Positions 57,417-64,000 of a stretch of 64,000 bases of DNA are shown piece by piece. The number at the start of each line of letters is the position of its first letter. The stretch's first letter is position 1. Under the pieces are notes generated by a model, which made no database searches, had not been told where the DNA came from, and worked only from the letters and a program-made list of their open reading frames with translations. Origin of the DNA: Eledone cirrhosa (taxonomy: Eukaryota); NCBI GenBank assembly GCA_964016885.1, contig OZ024751.1:43772001-43836000 (forward strand), read 5' to 3'. A program made the translations under genes and the position numbers.

Positions 57417-57755
57417 CCCTTTAGCATTTAAACCAGCTGTATCTGGCCACTCATACTGATGTTAAGGTATTGTTCTCAAAATAAATAACATCAAAATCTC
57501 ATAGATTCGATATTATGTGAAATAAAGCCTATATTACTAAAATACAATAGTATATATATATAATTGTTTCTACTTTTGGCACAAGGCCAGCAATTACCCA
57601 GTACATTACTGGTACTTTATTTTATCTACCCGGTAAGGATGAAAGGCAAAGTTAACCTCGATGGGACTTGAACTCAGACCGTAAAGGGACGTAACTATGC
57701 TGGAAAGCATGGCATCCAACCCTCTACTGATACTGCCAATGTAAATACTAAAGGG
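57417..57755. mobile_element. Same piggyBac-type MITE with a nested SINE B (57561..57740, -)
   Basis: TIRs CCCTTTAGCATTTA / TAAATACTAAAGGG, internal similarity to the 19139 copy, TCAA on both flanks. Confidence 0.75.
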
Positions 57756-58007
57756 TCAAGTTGTAGTAGTAGTATTTATTACACCTTATTCTATTGATCC
57801 TGTTCCCTCCCATATTTAATTACTACATAATTTATTGAACCCCAGAAAGAAAGAAAACAAAAAATAAAAACCAAGCCAATCCCCAACGCGATATGAACCC
57901 AGAACATAAATGAGAGGTGACTAAATGTAGCAAATCATAAATTCTGACATCACTACCATTTTCTGCCACATCACTGTTTCTATTTTCAGAAGAAGAAGAA
58001 GAAAAGT

Positions 58008-58478
58008 TTCTAATTTAGGCACAAGGCCAGAAATTCGGGGGAGAGGGCTGATCAATTATAATCAACCCCAGTAGAAAACTGGTACTTTATTTTATCGAGC
58101 TCAATGATTCTAATTTAGGCACAAGGCCAGAAATTCGGGGGCAGGGGCAGAAGAAAAAAAAGGGGGGTGGGGCCTAATCAATTATAATCGACCCCAGTAG
58201 AAAACTGGTACTTTATTTTATCGACCTCAATGCTTCTAATTTAGGCACAAGGCCAGAAATTCGGGGGCAGGGGCAGAAGAAAAAAGGGGTGGGTGGGGCC
58301 TAATCAATTATAATCGACCCCAGTAGAAAACTGGTACTTTATTTTATCGACCCCGGAAAGATGAAAGGCAAAGTTGGCCTTGGCGGCGGGATTTGATCTC
58401 AGAACGTCAAGAGCAAGAACAAAATACAGCAAGGCGTATAGTCTGACGTTCAACCGATTCTGCCAATCCATCGCCTTA
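58008..58478 (-). mobile_element. SINE family B in the SIRT6 3' region with triplicated 3' segment
   Basis: Three copies of TCTAATTTAGGCACAAGGCCAGAAATTCGGGGG...CCCAGTAGAAAACTGGTACTTTATTTTATCGA. Confidence 0.75.
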
Positions 58479-58547
58479 ATAATAATAATGATAATTATGG
58501 CAATGAAGAATATGTGATGAAATTTAGAAAAAAAATTAAAATGAAAT

Positions 58548-59346
58548 TTAATTACATATTTTCTTAGGAGAACTTTCTAACTGATTCAATTCTTCCCCTT
58601 CACTAATGCACCTTCCCTCATTATTAATATGGTCAGCTGACCGTTTATTTACAGGTGAGATGCAGATTTCTTCGGGGTAATCTTCAATATCGGTCAAGTC
58701 TGGATCAGTATCATCATCATCAACATCATCTCCACTATTCTCTGACAACTGTACTTTGTCTTTCTCCTCTTTCTTTACTGTATTATTAGCTATAGGGACC
58801 GCCCTACTGTTGTCTGAGAATGGCATTCCATCTTTCTCTTCCTTCTTAACCATATTATTAGCTATAGGGACTGCCCTACTGTTGTCTGAGAACTGCACTC
58901 CGTCTTTCTCCTCCTTTTTTACAGTATTATTAGCTATAGGCACTGTTTTATTGTTGTCTTGAGTTTTCACTGTTTTTTCACACTTAACTAAATCTGAAGA
59001 CTCAGCGTTGGTAGAATTGGCAAGTTTCTCTCGATACAAGTCTCGTCTGGATTTCTTACGCTTCAGTAACATTCTGGAACATTTCTCTCTCGGTTTCGTA
59101 TTTACAGACTTCAGAAGGAAAGAAAAGCCAGTGTATTCCGGTATGTCAACATCGAGTAACTGACACACTCCAGTCATCACCTTGTCTACGTAAGCATTGA
59201 TGCGGAAATCACAAAGGCGATCGAGTGGCGTTGGCTGAAGGTTTACGATAACAAGTGTACCTCCACTTTTCTTTGTCAGAACTGGGATACGTCCGCTGGG
59301 TTTAATCTGTAAGGAGGTTCCAAGACAAACACTCAGATCAGCTTCC
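58548..59346 (-). CDS. SIRT6: SIRT6 terminal coding exon with extended, repeat-containing C-terminal tail
   Basis: TTTCAG acceptor. EADLSVCLGTSLQIKPSG...VIVNLQPT...INAYVDKVM, then basic KRKKSRR, three 24-aa repeats, an acidic tract and TAA. Confidence 0.93.
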
Positions 59347-59455
59347 CTGAAATAAAACAAAATAAGACACATTGAAAAAAAAAAAATCTTCAATATCAAA
59401 TCATCCTCTTCTTCCTCATCAGTCTAATGCTAATTTTTTATGCTTGCATGGGTTA

Positions 59456-61690
59456 GACAGGTTGTCATGGACTGAGACTCTGGACAGGTTGTCACTGATT
59501 GAGACTCCAAACAGATTGACACTGACCGAAACTAGAGACAGGTTGACACTGACCGAGACTAGAGACAGGTTGACACTGACTGAGACTCCAGACAGGTTGA
59601 CACTGACCGAAACTAGAGACAGGTTGACACTGACCGAGACTAGAGACAGGTTGACACTGACCGAAACTAGAGACAGGTTGACACTGACTGAGACTCCAAA
59701 CAGGTTGACACTGACTGAGACTCCAGACAGGTCGACACTGACCGAAACTAGAGACAGGTTGACACTGACCGAGACTCCAGACAGGTTGACACTGACTGAG
59801 ACTCCAGACAGGTTGACACTGACCGAGACTCCAGACAGGTTGACACTGACTGAGACTCCAGACAGGTTGACACTGACCGAGACTCCAGACAGGTTGACAC
59901 TGACCGAGACTCCAGACAGGTTGACACTGACCGAGACTCCAGACAGGTTGACACTGACCGAGACTAGAGACAGGTTAACACTGACCGAGACTAGAGACAG
60001 GTTGACACTGACCGAGACTCCAGACAGGTTGACACTGACCGAGACTCCAGACAGGTTGACACTGACCGAGACTAGAGACAGGTTAACACTGACCGAGACT
60101 CCAGACAGGTTGACACTGACCGAGACTCCAGACAGGTTGACAATGACCGAGACTAGAGACAGGTTAACACTGACCGAGACTCCAGACAGGTTGACACTGA
60201 CCGAGACTCCAGACAGGTTGACACTGACCGAGACTAGAGACAGGTTGACACTGACCGAGACTCCAGACAGGTTGACACTGACTGAGACTAGAGACAGGTT
60301 GACACTGACCGAGACTCCAGACAGGTTGACACTGACCGAGACTCCAGACAGGTTGACACTGACTGAGACTAGACACAGGTTGACACTGACCGAGACTCCA
60401 GACAGGTTGACACTGACCGAGACTCCAGACAGGTTGACACTGACTGAGACTAGAGACAGGTTGACACTGACCGAGACTCCAGACAGGTTGACACTGACTG
60501 AGACTAGAGACAGGTTGACACTGACCGAGACTCCAGACAGGTTGACACTGACCGAGACTCCAGACAGGTTGACACTGACCGAGACTCCAGACAGGTTGAC
60601 ACTGACCGAGACTAGAGACAGGTTGACACTGACCGAGACTCCAGACAGGTTGACACTGACCGAGACTCCAGACAGGTTGACACTGACTGAGACTAGAGAC
60701 AGGTTGACACTGACCGAGACTCCAGACAGGTTGACACTGACTGAGACTAGAGACAGGTTGACACTGACCGAGACTCCAGACAGGTTGACACTGACCGAGA
60801 CTCCAGACAGGTTGACACTGACCGAGACTCCAGACAGGTTGACACTGACTGAGACTAGAGACAGGTTGACACTGACCGAGACTCCAGACAGGTTGACACT
60901 GACCGAGACTCCAGACAGGTTGACACTGACCGAGACTAGAGACAGGTTGACACTGACCGAGACTCCAGACAGGTTGACACTGACCGAGACTCCAGACAGG
61001 TTGACACTGACTGAGACTAGAGACAGGTTGACACTGACCGAGACTCCAGACAGGTTGACACTGACCGAGACTCCAGACAGGTTGACACTGACTGAGACTA
61101 GAGACAGGTTGACACTGACCGAGACTCCAGACAGGTTGACACTGACCGAGACTCCAGACAGGTTGACACTGACCGAGACTCCAGACAGGTTGACACTGAC
61201 TGAGACTAGAGACAGGTTGACACTGACTGAGACTCCAGACAGGTTGACACTGACCGAGACTCCAGACAGGTTGACACTGACTGAGACTAGAGACAGGTTA
61301 ACACTGACCGAGACTCCAGACAGGTTGACACTGACTGAGACTCCAGACAGGTTGACACTGACTGAGACTAGAGACAGGTTGACACTGACCGAGACTAGAG
61401 ACAGGTTGACACTGACCGAGACTAGAGACAGGTTGACACTGACTGAGACTCCAGACAGGTTGACACTGTCCGAGACTCCAGACAGGTTGACACTGACTGA
61501 GACTCCAGACAGGTTGACACTGACCGAGACTCCAGACAGGTTGACACTGACTGAGACTAGAGACAGGTTGACACTGACCGAGACTCCAGACAGGTTGACA
61601 CTGACTGAGACTAGAGACAGGTTGACACTGACCGAGACTCCAGACAGGTTGACACTGACTGAGACTCCAGACAGATTGATACTGACCAAG
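59456..61690. repeat. 27-bp minisatellite, ~83 copies, in the last SIRT6 intron
   Basis: Unit GACAGGTTGACACTGACYGAGACT(CC/AG)A with two interspersed variants. Confidence 0.95.
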
Positions 61691-61974
61691 CCTAGACACA
61701 TTGTTATCTATCATTGCACCAGTACTACAAAGGTTGTCTAAATTTCTACACATGGACGACCTTCCTAACATCAGTCACTATACAGGGTGTACAGGGTGCA
61801 TTTTATCGTGCATTTTATCATGCTACCAGCACTACAGAGGTTGTCTTGTGCTTGATACAACTGAAGAATCTTTTCTACACTTCTGACATAATTTCTATAC
61901 ATGGATGGCTTTCCTAACATCTGGTGGTTCAACATCTTAGACATTCTGAAAGAAAACAACACAAAAATATTTAC

Positions 61975-62055
61975 TTGGCTTCTGTGTTGGCAGTAGAGAG
62001 ATCATCTTCAGGTAAATTATCTTCCCAGTCCAGTATAGTATCAGTCAGCTGACCC
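61975..62055 (-). CDS. SIRT6: SIRT6 exon (DTILDWED)
   Basis: 81 nt. GQLTDTILDWEDNLPEDDLSTANTEA(K); phase 2 at both ends. Confidence 0.95.
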
Positions 62056-62343
62056 CTGAAAATATAGATTGGAGTATCAAGATTAATAACCAATATCAGT
62101 GATCAATATATCGATATATCATTATCAATCAACCGTCTGAAACAATTGTAAAACAATGAACTGAATAAGCACTAATCTGTGTATATATATATGTATATAT
62201 ATATATATATGTATACATATACATATATATACCCACACATATATATATATCAACTCGTAGAGCAAATATTCATTATTAGTACAGATTAAAAGTTTAAGCA
62301 ATAAATTTCTGCTTTCATTCTAAGTGGCATCATCTGTACTAAT

Positions 62344-62374
<31 letters not shown>

Positions 62375-62493
62375 AACATATATGTGTCAGAATTAACACC
62401 ACCAATAGTGAAAACAACAAAAGCTCCTCCCACCACCACCAATAAAAAGAAAAACAAGATAACAAAAGAGTTAAGTAAGACAATGAAATTTAC

Positions 62494-62579
62494 CTGCAAA
62501 TCCCTCTCATCTTCATTTGTAAACAATAATCACCTGTATGCTTCAAACCCATCGTTGGTACAGATGACTCACTGATGTA
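62494..62579 (-). CDS. SIRT6: SIRT6 exon (zinc-binding domain)
   Basis: 86 nt, TTCAG/GTAAAT boundaries. YISESSVPTMGLKHTGDYCLQMKMRGIC(R). Confidence 0.93.
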
Positions 62580-63097
62580 CTGAATAATTATAATAATGAT
62601 GATTTCTTATTTAAATGCAAGACATGAAATTAGTTGGGGGTGGAAAAGACAGTTAAGTTAACAGTGTTTTGTATAGGAAAATCAATCAGGAAAAATAACA
62701 CAATACCACGATGGAAAACACCCAGTCCATTCTGCAAGGTGGTAGAGCTAAAACCATGATGAAATGTTCCCAGCCCACCTCGTAAAGTGGTAGTGATGGT
62801 GCCATGATGAAAAGCATCCACTCCACGTTGTAAGGTGGTAGCGGTGGTGCATGATGAAAAGCATCCAGTCCACTTTATAAGGAGACAGAGCTGGTGCCAT
62901 GAAGAAAAGCACATGGTCCACTCTGCAAGGTGGTAGATCTGAAGCCATCATGAAATGTTCCTAGCACACCTTGTCAGGTGGTAGTATGGGTGCCATGATA
63001 AATATCACCCATTCCACTCTCTAAAGTGGCTGGCATTACGAAGAGCATCTAGCTGTAGAAACCAAGTGTACATGCAGAAAAGAGAATGAAGTTTTAC

Positions 63098-63225
63098 CTG
63101 CATACAACATTTGTCACATTCTTCAACAAACATGTTGCCATGGAGTTCAGAGAGTCGGTTACGTGGAAAGCCTGACCGTAAATGTAGTCCATCTATATTT
63201 TGACTGATCACAAAATGGACAAAGC
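63098..63225 (-). CDS. SIRT6: SIRT6 exon (SQNIDGLH, catalytic His in ELHGN, first CxxC)
   Basis: 128 nt. (G)[42 protein letters not shown]. Confidence 0.96.
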
Positions 63226-63616
63226 CTGAAAGAAAGGAATAAAAATGAAGATATATAGCCAATCTCTCAGACTCTAAGTACTGAGAATATGAAGATGATG
63301 ATGATGATGAAAGTAATAGTCCATCAGTACTTTATTTTATTGAAAATAGCCACTGGTTCAGTAAAAGTGTCAGACACTAAAGTGTAAATAAAGAATAATG
63401 TGCTCATGTATAGCGATGCTATAAAATAGTTTATAAAAGCCAGTTAAAAGAAAATTTTATTCACTGTTGTATAAAAAGAGATATAATAATTGTTTCTTAA
63501 AATTTGCTGGCCTTGTACCTCAATATTACTCTAGTACAGAGATTAGAAACAAACTAAGAGTGAATCCTGTTTTTAAGAATAAAGTATCAAACAATTGTTA
63601 AATTTTCTAGGCTTAC

Positions 63617-63724
63617 CAGCTTTCTCAAGAGCCACCAGGGCCATGTGTGTTTTAGTTGGTTTGGCACTTTCAAAGGTTATATCAACTTTAGGTTCCTCTC
63701 CACGCATTTCCAAAGTCCAGACTC
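63617..63724 (-). CDS. SIRT6: SIRT6 internal exon (upstream exons lie beyond the window)
   Basis: 108 nt, AAACAG/GTAAGC boundaries. (G)[35 protein letters not shown] matches class IV sirtuin SIRT6. Confidence 0.95.
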
Positions 63725-63844
63725 CTGTTTCAACAGAGACAGATAGATTTTTCAAAACACAGTTGTAATGATTCAACATCCCGGCTTAGTTTGAAAGAAC
63801 TCACCCAACCCTTTCTAGTAGAGAAAACAGATGTTGAATAATGA

Positions 63845-64000
63845 GGATTACTATATCATATTTACTTTTAGGTTCCCCTGAAGTCTGGACTACCAGATGT
63901 ACTAAAACCACCATACCAGTAACAATATAGAATATAACTAAATGATATTTACCTTTAGGTCTCCTTGAAGTTTGGTATACCAGATGTATTAAAATCACCA
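63845..64000 (-). repeat. 87-bp tandem repeat derived from a SIRT6 exon 3' end and donor site
   Basis: Two units read ...TCTGGTA..CCA.ACTTCA.GG..ACCTAAA(G/A)|GTAAATAT, resembling codons for SGIPDFRGPK plus a donor. Confidence 0.65.

Noticed and set aside
59372-61741. 789-aa and 760-aa ORFs on both strands
   Set aside because: Translation of a stop-free 27-bp minisatellite inside a SIRT6 intron; no unique domain.

Overview
Eukaryotic, AT-rich genomic DNA dense in microsatellites and SINEs. The repeat style suggests a coleoid cephalopod, probably an octopod (inference). Two intron-containing genes lie tail to tail. (1) A complete MEK1/2 (MAP2K1/Dsor1-like) kinase gene on +, CDS 231..46455. It has 11 exon positions; all introns are GT-AG, phases are consistent and most exon sizes match vertebrate MAP2K1. 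Exon 8 is present twice (28182..28267 and 31259..31353), and the phases force the two copies to be mutually exclusive. (2) The last five coding exons of SIRT6 on -, 63724..58548, ending in a C-terminal tail with three 24-aa repeats that each carry a SUMO consensus. Non-coding DNA holds two tRNA-derived SINE families, decayed RTE-type LINE pieces, piggyBac and pogo-type MITEs, several minisatellites, and foldback elements carrying minimal type I hammerhead ribozyme motifs of the Penelope-like-element kind. Most long ORFs in the six-frame track are simple-repeat artefacts. Best leads: the mutually exclusive MEK exon pair, which swaps the proline-rich insert and alphaG helix; a 100-bp inverted SINE pair that would loop out one of those exons; and the intronic hammerheads. 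All analysis was done by eye, with no alignment or folding software.
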